From positions 35,883-99,882 of IMG/VR virus record IMGVR_UViG_3300030419_003648: a stretch of DNA of 64,000 bases; one strand, written 5' to 3'. This document shows positions 36,648 to 48,300 of this stretch, in pieces. Below the pieces are notes generated by a model. That model did not search any database, was not told the origin of the DNA, and saw only the letters and a program-made list of their open reading frames with translations. How positions within the stretch are numbered: position 1 is the stretch's first letter; every line of letters starts with the position of its first letter. The translations under genes and the position numbers were made by a program. The DNA is from a virus.

Positions 36648-37568
36648 ATGTACAATAATAAGACCGTAAAAGAATTGAGGCAAATTTTGGAAGAGCATAA
36701 CTGCGCTATTCCAAACGGAGCCAAGAAGAATGACCTAGTTGAATTAGTGGAGGCTGTTATGGCTAAAGACGAAGATTTTGTAACATCCCAAGTAGTTTCA
36801 GATGTTTTTGATGACGTTGAAATTTTTGACGACGAAGAGACATTAGAAGAACCAGCAGTAATCAAAGAGGGTTCAAACGAAAGCAATCGTCCTTCAATGT
36901 TCAGTGATGAATGGAATGAGTATGTAATGGCTCATTTTCATTCAAACGAATTAATTGATGGCAACCCTATTTGCGCAGGACTGAGGAGAGTCGCTGAATT
37001 ATTACTTGGCGACATCGTTGAATCTGGCCCAGAACAGGTATTTCCAGCAACTGACGGATTAGCTCCTGACAGAGCTACCGTAGTATTTAAAGTTGTCTTT
37101 GATTGGATGAACACAGGTCAAGTTAGAACATTCAAAGAAGTAGCAGATGTGTGGCATGGGAATACTGATGACCTATTCTGCGCTCATCCTGTCGCTACTG
37201 CTAGCACGAGGGCTGAAGGTAGAGCTTTGAGGAAAGCTTTGAAAATCAGATGCTTAGCTGCTGAAGAATTAGCCAAAAAAGACATAGTGAACATAGTGCA
37301 AGAGTCAGTCAAGAAAGCTCCAACTTCAGGAGACTATGAAGCTGACAGACAAATTAGTAGTCAACAAATTCAGTTCATTGACAACAAATGTAGCACTTTG
37401 GATATTGACGCTTTTGGTTTTATTAACATGGGCGAACATACGTATAGTACTATAAGCGAAGTGACAAAGGACTGTGCTAAGAAAATGGTCAAAGCCCTTA
37501 ATGCTTATCAGCAGGGTACTGAAATACCAGAAAAAATTAAAGGTTATAAAGCTAACTGGAGAGAGTAA
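36648..37568 (+). CDS. Rad52/Sak-like DNA annealing protein with N-terminal HeH/SAP-like domain
   Basis: TVKELRQIL....KKNDLV at the N-terminus; ATASTRAEGRALRKAL resembles the Rad52-family helix. Confidence 0.5.
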   Translation: MYNNKTVKELRQILEEHNCAIPNGAKKNDLVELVEAVMAKDEDFVTSQVVSDVFDDVEIFDDEETLEEPAVIKEGSNESNRPSMFSDEWNEYVMAHFHSNELIDGNPICAGLRRVAELLLGDIVESGPEQVFPATDGLAPDRATVVFKVVFDWMNTGQVRTFKEVADVWHGNTDDLFCAHPVATASTRAEGRALRKALKIRCLAAEELAKKDIVNIVQESVKKAPTSGDYEADRQISSQQIQFIDNKCSTLDIDAFGFINMGEHTYSTISEVTKDCAKKMVKALNAYQQGTEIPEKIKGYKANWRE

Positions 37569-37897
37569 TGAAAGTAACTTATACAAGCGGCAAGATTAGC
37601 GTTGAGATTGAAGCAGACACTCAAATTGAACTGTTTCAGCAATTAGCTAACTTCCAAGAGATTTTTGCCGAAACTAAGTGTGGTAAATGCGGCAGCGAGA
37701 ACATTAGATTTCAAGTAAGAAATGTAGATGACAATCTTTATTACGAAGCTAGATGTGTAGACTGCGGAGCAAAGCTAGCATTTGGCGTGATGAAGAAGGG
37801 TGGAAGGTTGTTCCCAAAACGTAAAGACAAAGAAGGTAATTGGCTTCCTGATGGTGGATGGGTTAAATGGAACCCAGATACTCAAAAAGAAGAGTAA
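37568..37897 (+). CDS. Zn-ribbon protein
   Basis: CGKCG...CVDCG; TAATG coupling to the Rad52-like gene. Confidence 0.7.
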   Translation: MKVTYTSGKISVEIEADTQIELFQQLANFQEIFAETKCGKCGSENIRFQVRNVDDNLYYEARCVDCGAKLAFGVMKKGGRLFPKRKDKEGNWLPDGGWVKWNPDTQKEE

Positions 37898-37899
37898 AG

Positions 37900-37931
37900 A
37901 AAAAACCCCGTCATTGCTGGCGGGGTTTTTT
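37900..37931. terminator. bidirectional rho-independent terminator
   Basis: AAAAAA-CCCCGTCA-TTGC-TGGCGGGG-TTTTTT between convergent gene blocks. Confidence 0.9.
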
Positions 37932-37953
37932 AATGCTTACACAATGGTAGCCT

Positions 37954-38637
37954 TTAGAGATATTCTAACTCTACATAAAGACCGTATTGGGTCTTACTAC
38001 CTATACTGTCTGGAGAAGCCGTAATAGCAACGTACCAATCATGCTGAGTGTATTGCCCAGTATTAGATCCTCCATTTCCAGCGTACGCACCGCTTGGGCC
38101 GGGAGACTGAGCCAGAGGAACAATGACACCGCTACCACCCACAGTGTTAGTACCAGTAGGAAGTCTAGTGCTTGGGTTAGGAGTTGAGCTATCTGTTGCA
38201 CTACCATACCATGTAGTATCTCCTGATCCCTCAACTAAATAGGAATTTGAAGTATGAAGTAGTTCCGCAACCCTTGTTACAACCCCACTAGCAGGGTGAT
38301 CTTTATTTACTCGGTCAAAAATCCTCAGCTTAGCGTTCTGTGTTCTAACTGCACTGTCATTAGTGAATCGTATGTTTAAAGTAGCTTTTTCGTTTGGTAT
38401 ATACAATAAACCAGTAGCTGGTACTACACCATTTGCAAAAGACTTAGTGTCCGTTGAATATTTGCAGTTATTAGCAGTACCACCATTCGTAGTACCATTA
38501 CCGTCTGTTATAAAAGTTGTAGACTGCCAAGTATTCAACTGAACTGATTGGCCAAAAGAACCTCCAAAAAACCCCAAGCCAGAGCCTGAAAGGTTATTAA
38601 TGGATGTACCTCCAGCGTAAAAGTTAATTGATGCCAT
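37954..38637 (-). CDS. putative virion structural protein
   Basis: 227 aa, G/S/T/N-rich and beta-strand-like; last gene of the structural strand; AAGGGG Shine-Dalgarno. Confidence 0.6.
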   Translation of the reverse strand: MASINFYAGGTSINNLSGSGLGFFGGSFGQSVQLNTWQSTTFITDGNGTTNGGTANNCKYSTDTKSFANGVVPATGLLYIPNEKATLNIRFTNDSAVRTQNAKLRIFDRVNKDHPASGVVTRVAELLHTSNSYLVEGSGDTTWYGSATDSSTPNPSTRLPTGTNTVGGSGVIVPLAQSPGPSGAYAGNGGSNTGQYTQHDWYVAITASPDSIGSKTQYGLYVELEYL

Positions 38638-38663
38638 ATCAAAATCCCCTTAGAGAGAGTTGT

Positions 38664-38683
38664 TTTCTATAATATTATACACC
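38664..38683 (-). promoter_or_regulatory. candidate late promoter (GTGTATAATATTATAG)
   Basis: Perfect palindrome TATAATATTATA (38668-38679) in the only sizeable intergenic gap of the structural strand; no -35 consensus seen. Confidence 0.4.
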
Positions 38684-38684
38684 A

Positions 38685-39365
38685 TTACTCAAAAAAGCCT
38701 TTTGTTTTCTTTGGCTTGCCATAAGGGAAAAGCTTATTGAGCTTGCTTTGTCGTTCCTTACATCCACAATCTTTATTCATAGCACCGAATACACTGTCTA
38801 CAACCTTTTTTATACCAGTTGCTTTTGTTATCTTTGCTACAGTATCACCTAAACCTCTAGACTCTTTAGGTATTTCTGGGTCACCCATAAAGAATCCTTT
38901 AGTAGCTTCTTCTTCTTCTTTTTTATCTTTTTCTTTACCGTCTTGAGTTGCCATTATTCCGTCCATTTCTTCCTGCCACTTTTGTTCACGTTGTTTAATT
39001 TGTGTATCAGTAACAGGGTAATCATTAACAAAGTTGTACCTCATGATCGGGTCTTGATTAGGTCCTACGCCCTCTTCCCACATATTAAAATAGTCTAACC
39101 TAGTCTGGCATAACGTGTGCAAATGTTTAGTCTTTATTGCTTTGTGTCTTGGGCATTTTATAAATTCTTTTTTAAAGTCACATTGACATGGTGTCACATG
39201 TTTAGGCGGCTCTATTACTTCGTCCCATTTTTTTAATAAAGTGTCAGAATCCCTAATATCTGGCCTTCTACTTGGGATTTGGTTTAATCTATCAACTTCT
39301 CTTTGAAGATTACTCATCTGTTGATGGTACTCTTCTTCTTCTGTTTTAAAGAATCCTTTTGCCAT
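38685..39365 (-). CDS. tail-associated Cys-motif protein
   Basis: C-terminal SRGLGDTV.K...GIK...DCGC..R..KLN motif; internal CQC..C.H...C; AGGAG Shine-Dalgarno. Confidence 0.65.
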   Translation of the reverse strand: MAKGFFKTEEEEYHQQMSNLQREVDRLNQIPSRRPDIRDSDTLLKKWDEVIEPPKHVTPCQCDFKKEFIKCPRHKAIKTKHLHTLCQTRLDYFNMWEEGVGPNQDPIMRYNFVNDYPVTDTQIKQREQKWQEEMDGIMATQDGKEKDKKEEEEATKGFFMGDPEIPKESRGLGDTVAKITKATGIKKVVDSVFGAMNKDCGCKERQSKLNKLFPYGKPKKTKGFFE

Positions 39366-39376
39366 TTTCGCTCCTA

Positions 39377-42300
39377 CTACTCTGTTATGTTGACCTTAAT
39401 CGGGGCATTTCCATCCATGTCTAAACCAAAGTCATATTTGATACTTGTAGCCATTGGTCCTATATAGGTGTCGTAACACTTGTCTCCACATTCATACCCT
39501 GTCATTGGACCTCTTGCATTTACACATTTTTGAGGGAAAAAGAACCAATATTCCATGTTAACAGGAGTGTTGCTATTTCCTTGTGCGCAATCATCTAATG
39601 GGGGTGGATACCCTACTATAACACTAAATTGGCCTCCATGCCTACTCCACGATGGATATAATTCTGCGTATGGATCGGTATAACTTGTTCTACTGAAATT
39701 ATATGCTTCCCATTGATTGACTGGCTTACCTTCATCATTTTTCTTCGCTAAACATTCTTCTTCCGTTTCTTTAGTTGCGTCACTACATGCGCCACAGTTC
39801 TCTTCGGCTTTATCATGTATTTTTCCTTCTCGGTCGTAGCAAAGCTCTATTTTTCCAGCGTCTTCTGCTTTAGGATCTCCAGCTGCTATAACGCCTTTAT
39901 ACATCCTTCTAGCTTCTCCAATCGCTCCAGTTCCACCTAGAGTAATTGATTCAGCAGATCTAAGCGATACAAATCTTTCAGGTGTAGTTTCTATATTTGT
40001 TTTTTCCGAAGAATCTCTTATTCCAAAAGGGTTTCCTATCCAAATTGGAGTCCCACCTAATACACGACACTCTTGTGAATGTGTTGTGGTTATTGTGCCA
40101 CCTTGATCATCTACCATACAAATAAACTGATTTTGAACTGTTCCATTTGATTCTAAACATTCATCAGCACTGTCTGCATCTACTTCTTCTGGTATGAAAG
40201 CTCCAGAACAAGCTCCATGTTTTGTTGTGGTTCTAACTCCACTTGGAGATACGCAAGTTCCAACCTTAGATCTATCCTTCGTGTAACATTTTCCGTAAAC
40301 TTCAACAAATTGACAATTACTTGATTGTTCACATAAAGATTTTTGGAGGTTTGGAGGTACAAGTTTGCCATCACCAAATTTAGGAACTCCATTGTCATGC
40401 ATGTCTTTTATTGATATTGAAGCGCCAGCTGTTACCGTTGCGCTTTTTAGATTTACGCAAGTAAATTCATCACTACTAGGATCTTTGTATAAATAACAAT
40501 CTGGCGAGTTTCCACAAGCAGTTTCGTTGCAACCTGAAAACGGGTAGACATCTGAGTCGTGGTCGTAAACATTTGATGAACGAAAATTACCAGAAGTATA
40601 TTCTTCTGCAATCTTTAAGTATGGAGTCTCATGAACATCATAGTTCAACTCTCCATGTATTGCGAACTCATTCGGCTTCAAAGGAAGTGGATACCATTGC
40701 CATCCATGTGATTCGCAATCGTCTTTTGTATTGAATAAAGCATTTTGACATTGCCTCAATCTAACAATATGCATGTCATCTATATCATGGTATGGACATC
40801 TTGTAACTTCCCTAGCAACTTCTGCACCGCTGGCGTCTTTTTCTATTATCACTACTTCGTGGCATAGCAAACACTTTCCTTGTGGGTAATCTTCAGTTGG
40901 CGGCTGACAAGCATTCTTCGTATAAAAAGCGTTTACTCTACAACCAATAGGACACCCTTCTTCGTATTGACCTGTTGGAAGTATTTTTGGCTCATTGTTA
41001 AATGGGTCTTCAAATTCACCTCGTGAATTTTTGTCTAGGTTTCTTCTTCCTATTACCCATTCGCCTCCAAATACATCTTCGCATAAGTATTCGTCTAACT
41101 CAGAATCTTCAGCTACTGTTCTCCATATGCCGTTTGGTACAAACTGATAATCAGCCGAATTTGATTGCGCGGCTTGGCTACAAGCATCTTCATATATGAT
41201 CGGGTCATTGTTTGCGTCATAAACTTCACTCCCAGACACTGGATCAATACATTTTCCTACCATGCAATCGTTAGGATTTTGTATGTTCTGTGTAACATTT
41301 GGATTGTTATAATCATAGCACTCACCAAGCGTAACGCCTTTACATGTAGCTCTATACATGATTGAGCCGCTGACTAAAACCTTTTCTCCATCATTTAAAT
41401 CATGATCTAGCACCGTCTCTATTACAGTGTGTGAGAAAGGATAAATCCACTTTGAATTGTTATTTTCACATGTTTTTTTAGTTGTATAAGCTCCATTTGT
41501 GCAATACCCTTTTGGATCAAATGGATTGATGTCATAGACATTTCTATAAGATTTTATACCGGCGGGTTCTCTTGGGTCGTGTACTGGAATAGGAGTGCTT
41601 GTAGTACCTTCAGTACCTCCTCCCATTTTTACTTCTTTGACTTCACTATACTTATTTAAGTATTCAGCTGTTGGTAAAGGTCCAACTCTTCCCGGAATCA
41701 TTACATGACCCAATTCATCTAAAGCAAGGCTTTCTACTTTTAATGGGTGTTGTGGTATTGAACTATCTGGGAGACCACTACGCAAACTACCGCGTGTGTC
41801 TTGAACGGTATCTACAGGCCAAGGGTGTAAACCGTATGGGCTAGGAAGGGTTTTAGGTTTCTTACCATCTATTCCTGAAAGCTCCCCTGACGAATTGAGA
41901 CTTCTGGAGTAGTCTCCTAAATGTCTATCGTACTTATGAGCAGCGCTTATTAGTTTTGTGACATCTGCAACCTTTATTTCCATGAATGGCTCGTCGCCAC
42001 GCCCTCTAGTCATATCTGAGTAATTTAGGTCACCGTTTGGAATTGCTTCTGTTAGTTTTGTTCCTCCAAATGGCAAGAATGGATTTCTTGATTGTCTATT
42101 TCTCACTCTGCCTTGCAATGGATGATATACTGCTCCCCCTTCTGCCTCAGTCTTATCTGCCATTCCTATACCAACAGTAGCACCTTTTTCATAACCGCAA
42201 TAACGACCTCCAAAGGTTGGTCCATAAGCGCCTACTACCAGAGTGCCTGAACCATCTTCCTGAACGTCTTTTACATAATAAACATTAAATGTTTCTGCTG

Positions 42301-45300
42301 GTTTATCTGGATACAATTTCATGCCAACTTGCTGACAGTCATTTGCTTGTTTAACGTCGCCGCCAGTAGCACACACTTCCATTCCGTACAAACCAGATGC
42401 ACCACTTCTAGCTACTGCTGTTGGCTGTGTAGGTCCAGTGTAAGTGCAACAACCAGTACATGGCCATTCTGGACCTCCACCCAAAATACAAACATTACCA
42501 GCCTTATAATATTTAAATCTTCCCTCTCCTATACCTAACTCATCTCTTTCATCGTTTACCTTTTTTCCACTCCAGCATCCATCACTATTAGCTCCGGGAT
42601 ATATTGGTGGATTACCTTGTAGGTCCACTGGCACATCAATGACTGCATCTTCTGAATTCCAGTAGGAGCAATTCATTATCTCCATCCACAGTTCCATGCC
42701 ACTACGTCTATAGCTATCAAAGTTGTCAAATCCACCCTGAATCATCGCGTCTCCGTCATGTGCAGAGGCACTTCCAATAGTAGATCCACAGCCTAACATC
42801 AACCTTGTAAAGAAGGCATCATGCTCGTCTGATGGCCCCGTAACATCATGAAAACCATTACTAATGCCGTATATAGCTTGATCACAACCATTGCATTTTG
42901 TGTTAATAGCTGGTCTACTTGTTCGGGCTTCTTCAATTCTTCCGGGGCCTTCGCCATACCAACTATTTGCTTTGCAGGTATCTTGTAAGCAAGCATCCCA
43001 CTCATCTGGATCTATTGATTTTGTTGGATTTGTTTCCCAGTCAGGATTCAGTTTCTTTAGACAGTCTCCTTTTACAGCTAAAGTAGCTCTAGCAACACTA
43101 CCAGCAACATTAACACATGCCCATCCACTTGCACAATGTTTAGGATAATCAATCATATGGCATGACTTCATTCCCACATCATTCATTTTGTGCCAACTAG
43201 AAGCCCATGTTACACCATTAAATTCCAATGGTATTGACATACTTCCAAATCCGGGAACTGCTTCACTTGAGCCAACCACTTTACAACTATTAGCTAAATC
43301 ATAACAATCAAGTTGAAAATCAGTTGTTATTTGTCTTGGTCCACAACCTTGTGGATAATAAAATTTTCCACCAGCATCTTTACAAGCTTCTTCGGTTGTA
43401 GCGTTTGCATTACCACAATCTGTTGGATCAGAAGCACCTGAACAATCACATTTTCCACCAACTCCTAAACAATTATCTTTTGGGCTTGTGCTTATCCCAT
43501 CTCTTAAACAGCTTCCTTCAAAACCTTCAGTACATAACTCTCCGGGATGACAATCATGAGATACTCTTTCGGGAAAACAAATACAAGGCTCGTAAGACCA
43601 ATCGTATCTTCCGTCTTCTTCACCCGCTTTTGCCTTTTTACACTCACCTAAAGTCCACGAATTTCCCGTAGGATCACCAGTATCCATATCAGTTTCGCAG
43701 TTATCATAATCATCACCAGTCTCGCCAGATACTATCACGCCTCCGCTTGCAGAACATGTAGCTTCATCAGTAACAAAATTACCTATTCTAGCTTTTGTAT
43801 CTTCATCTCTGCATATTTCTGCACAGTCAGGCACTCCATTATGTGTTACACAACATTTCCCGTCGTCTTCTGGCGCGTCAAAACCGTGCCATTGACAACA
43901 ATTACTTTGTGTCTCGTCTAAACAATTTGCTTCATCAAAAAACTTACCACAATTAACACTCGCACAGTTATCATCACTATCAGAATAAAATTTGCAAGTT
44001 GCTGTTGTTAGTCCAAAAGAATGCGTTTCCCCTAAGTTGTCAGAACCACAGGTAATTTTCTCGTTAATCATCCAGTCTTCTATTTCACGACATGTCCAAT
44101 AAGGATAATTCCGATCTAACAATCGTGAATCTTGATCGTTTGTCATACATTCGCAATTAGGACAACATGGATCATTTTTCAATGGTGCCTGCTGGCTATC
44201 TCTATAAACGCACCCACAATCCCTACAGTTTGTAGTTCCCATTACATTAGGACGTTTTCTGATAAACATGTCACAGTCTTCTGGGCGTTTAAGAGGTTCA
44301 AATTCACCTATTATTTTGCCATCACTGTCAACAACTTTATCACAGTCAGCTTTTCTGTACCTGACTAACCTTTCTCTGGTTTCCCCGTGAATACACTTTC
44401 CATAAGTTTCCCAGTTTCCTTTCCATGTTTCTCCGGCGGCTTCACATTCAACTTTATTGCTTTTGTCTGGGTTAGTACAGAATCCAGTTTCGCAATGTGG
44501 AATATCACTAACATTACAACCATGAAAGGTGTCTGAACAACAATAGCCTTGATGTCCTATAAATTCTGGTTTGCATATGTCTCGGCCACATCCAACACGA
44601 TTCCAACTACTATCTTGTGCAGTTAAAGTAGCAGTTAAAGTGTGAGGCAAGAAGTGGTCACAACAAACAGGGCATGTCCCTTTTTGTTCAACCTGCATAT
44701 ACCAGTCTTGCGCTCTATGTTCATACTTGTAGCCAATACCATCCCATCCCGGATGGTACAAATCGTCTAATTCATCTTTTGTAAAATGAGAAACATATCC
44801 AGCATTTACTCCTTCGTCGTCTAGCATCACTGCTAAAGCGCCAGTGTAGGGGCAGGTTTTGTAAGAAATAAAACTGTACGCATCTACATCAGTGTCAATG
44901 TCTACTTCTGACTCAGGAGGAGGAGGGCCAAATCTATTCTGCCCCCAACATCCTGAAAACGCGCCATCTCCCTCGCCGTTATTTTGAACGCAGCTATGAT
45001 AGTTGCCTTCGGACCATGCAAGCGCTCTATCTTTTCCATTATGTTTTTGAGTTCCAGTGCAACTATTTTTGTCTATTTGTGGTAATAAAGTTTTTTCTTC
45101 AATCCAAGTTCCATTTTTTTCGTTTCGGCAATTTGACTCGGTTTTGAATTCTTGCTGTATTTCAAAGTCAACTAGCTTTCCGGGAGTCCATACTGGCTCT
45201 CCACTTTCCGCTAAACAGTCTGCTTTATGTTTGTGATCTCCTTCACTACATGTTCCACAATCCCCATAGGGTTCAACCTGAATTTGATTATTAATTATGC

Positions 45301-48300
45301 AGGATTTTTTCGTTGGGTGTACGCATCTAGTATCATCTCGTTCACAAGAAGCAGTACCTTCATCAGGATACAACCTATAATGCTTGGCTAGTTCAACACA
45401 TTCCTCTTTAGTCATAGACATCTCATGAGTGGTTTCCTCACCAGTTTTTTTCATGACTTTGCAAAAGCCATAACGCTCACAAGACTGTCTTCCACCGCCT
45501 TCTTTTTCAGGTGTTTCAGGATCGTCATAAATACCTATGACATTTGTTATCTTGAAAGGTCCTTCAAGATCTTCATCTTCCTCATTTCTTTTTGTTTTGC
45601 AAAATTCTTGTTCTTTTAATTGCTCAGGAGTTAAACGAACTTCGCCTAATTTTTTGTCACGAACTTTCTTCTCTAAGAAGTTTCTCTTTGATACACAAAT
45701 ATCTGGGAAGCTTGTTATTTTTGGAAGTTCCCCATTTACTTTTTTGGGATCTGCTTCGGCAAATGGAACTATAGTACCATCTGTATATTTGAGTGTGAGT
45801 TCAGTCTTTTGTTCTTGTAGTATCGTTTGCTCAAGGTCACCCATTATGCAAACGCCGTCATCGCAACCAAGACGTTCTAGTTCTGGTAAATTAGCAAAAG
45901 CGTTTATTGTTCCATCAATAGGCTTTCCGTCACAGGCAAACAGGTCAAACGTATCTCTTGTGATATTTTTAGCTACGAACCAAGGTGCTGGATCTGGGTC
46001 TCTACCATTTATTACAGAGCCATAACAAGCCAAAAATTCATCGGGACACTCATACGTTCCGTCGTCTTTGTATTTACCCGGACATTTTGCCGCCGGAAAC
46101 ATTATGTCGTCGCATCCATCTCCAACACAAGGATTGTAAATTTTGTCTTGGTATTGCGTCTCTTGCCAATCTCTATTTGACAGTACATTAGCTGCAAAGT
46201 TACCCATGATGCCATAGGTCATAACCTTTGTACCTTCGACCAACCTGTGATTTCTTGAGGTTATGGTTATAGGAGATGTATTACTAGCATCTTGAATTGA
46301 TACTTCTCTTCCAGTTCCAATGCAATGATTGTTAACAAAGCTAATTAAACCTTCGCCTTTTGGGAATAAGCCTGTTTTTCCCCAATAGTCTAAAGAATCA
46401 TTATGAATTGCATGTACTCTATCTCCATCATTTTGGCCTGCTTGATTAGCCGTATGACCACTTATTGTTATACCTCTTTCTCCAATAATCCTTGAATCTG
46501 TCGCTGCGGCTATGACATTTGAAGGAACAGGAAACACTGGCTCGCAATGAGAGTCAGCCGTCAAAACTGCTTGAGAATAATGTCTTTCTTCTATCCATTC
46601 TCCCTGAGCGCATTTTTCACTGAGTGTACATGTACATTCGCCTTCATCGTTAGCAGGTCTGGTTAGTGCAGACGCTGTAAATACTTCTCCTCCAGTGCCT
46701 TGATCTTCTCCTATTGATCGACACAAGTCTTCATCGGTTGGGGGGATGCCATTTCCTTCATCATCAAGTATTTCCTCTCCAAACCAAATACAAGTTTTTC
46801 CTTCTTCAAGACCTTTAGACTTGCAATTTTCGGCTTCATCGTCTTCTGACTCAGGCTGTGATGGTAAGTCATCCTCTTCTACTTTGTATTCAGGAACGTC
46901 ACCTTCGCCTTCAACTTCGACTACACACCGACATGTTCCAGTGTTAACAGTTTCGTCAGGAGCTACGGGAGGAACTCTACATTTAGAACCTTCTTTTACT
47001 AGGTCTAATGTCCATGTAACCGGACGGCTACAACCTCTTTCGTCCTCGCAGCATATTTGTACTTCTCCACCACCTTGTTCACAATCGCTTTTAGTAAATT
47101 CATCGCTTAGAGTCTTGTAAGAAAACGTAGAACTGTCTTCATTTTCTGTTTTGCATCTGCTGGGTATTGGAGATTTTCCGGCCTCTCCGCTACAGTCGCA
47201 CGCGTCTAGATTAGCTTCTGATTTTTGCCAAGCATCCCAACCTAAACTTTGCCCACAAGCATGGCTAGTGAGACTACCTTCCAATCCATCTATTGCGTCT
47301 CTAACTCCCTGACTTACTGATTCACATACAGCTGGAGTAGCTTTGTCATAGAGGAAGTCATGGGTGAACCAATAATCCAACCCCATATTTATAAACCACT
47401 TCCCTCCACCACCTGCTTTTTGCGCAGCACATTTTTGCCAATATCTATGGTCGTTTACTGCTTGTTCTATTCCTTTAGCATAATTTTGTGTTTTTTCAGT
47501 GGCTTTAAATGGTTGAGGTCTATAGTTAAAAGCTTTTAGTTTTAGATGTCCTAGTGGATTATGATTTCGTGGTATTGGGTTTCCACTTTCGTAATAGGTA
47601 TATCTTTCGCAAATAGCGCCTTCGCTCTTTTCAAGAAATTGAGGGTTAGGCCAAGCACACCAATTTTTTCCATCTTCTGGGTCTTCAGGATTTCCGGGGA
47701 AAAAGCCAGCAGGATTACCAAAGTAATGGGACATATTACTGTTCCATCTTTGTTGTACTTCACTCCAGCCACTATTAAGAGTGTTTTTGTCGCTAAGTGT
47801 GAGATTAAAATCAGAACAGTTCAAGAACTGATCTATAGGGAAGTAAAGCATTAATTCTTCCCCGCATCCCATTTTATTTTTGCCATAGACACTAGTGTTT
47901 CTTTCGCCTTGATCGTCAAAACAATCAGCCCAAAAACCACACTCTCGTAATGTTACAGTCCAATAAGACTCAGTATCGGCATGTATCGTTATTCTTTCTT
48001 CTTGGTTTTGTATAGCAACGCAACCAGCCTCAGCATGTATAGGAGCATCAGTAGCAGAAATGCCATCTGGAGTAAGAACTAATTCCCTGTAAGGTGTAAA
48101 GCATACGTTATTTTTTCTAGTATTAGCATAACCACCAGAAACTTGAGGTGTATGACTTGGATGACTTTCAGATGTCATCATGCCACCGCAACAACTTTCA
48201 GGATCTCTTTCCCAGTCTACCCATTGGTGAGCTAGAAAATGATTCTTTGGTTCTTCTTCTCTACACTCTTTTTCGTTATCAATACCCTCTATAATTTCTC

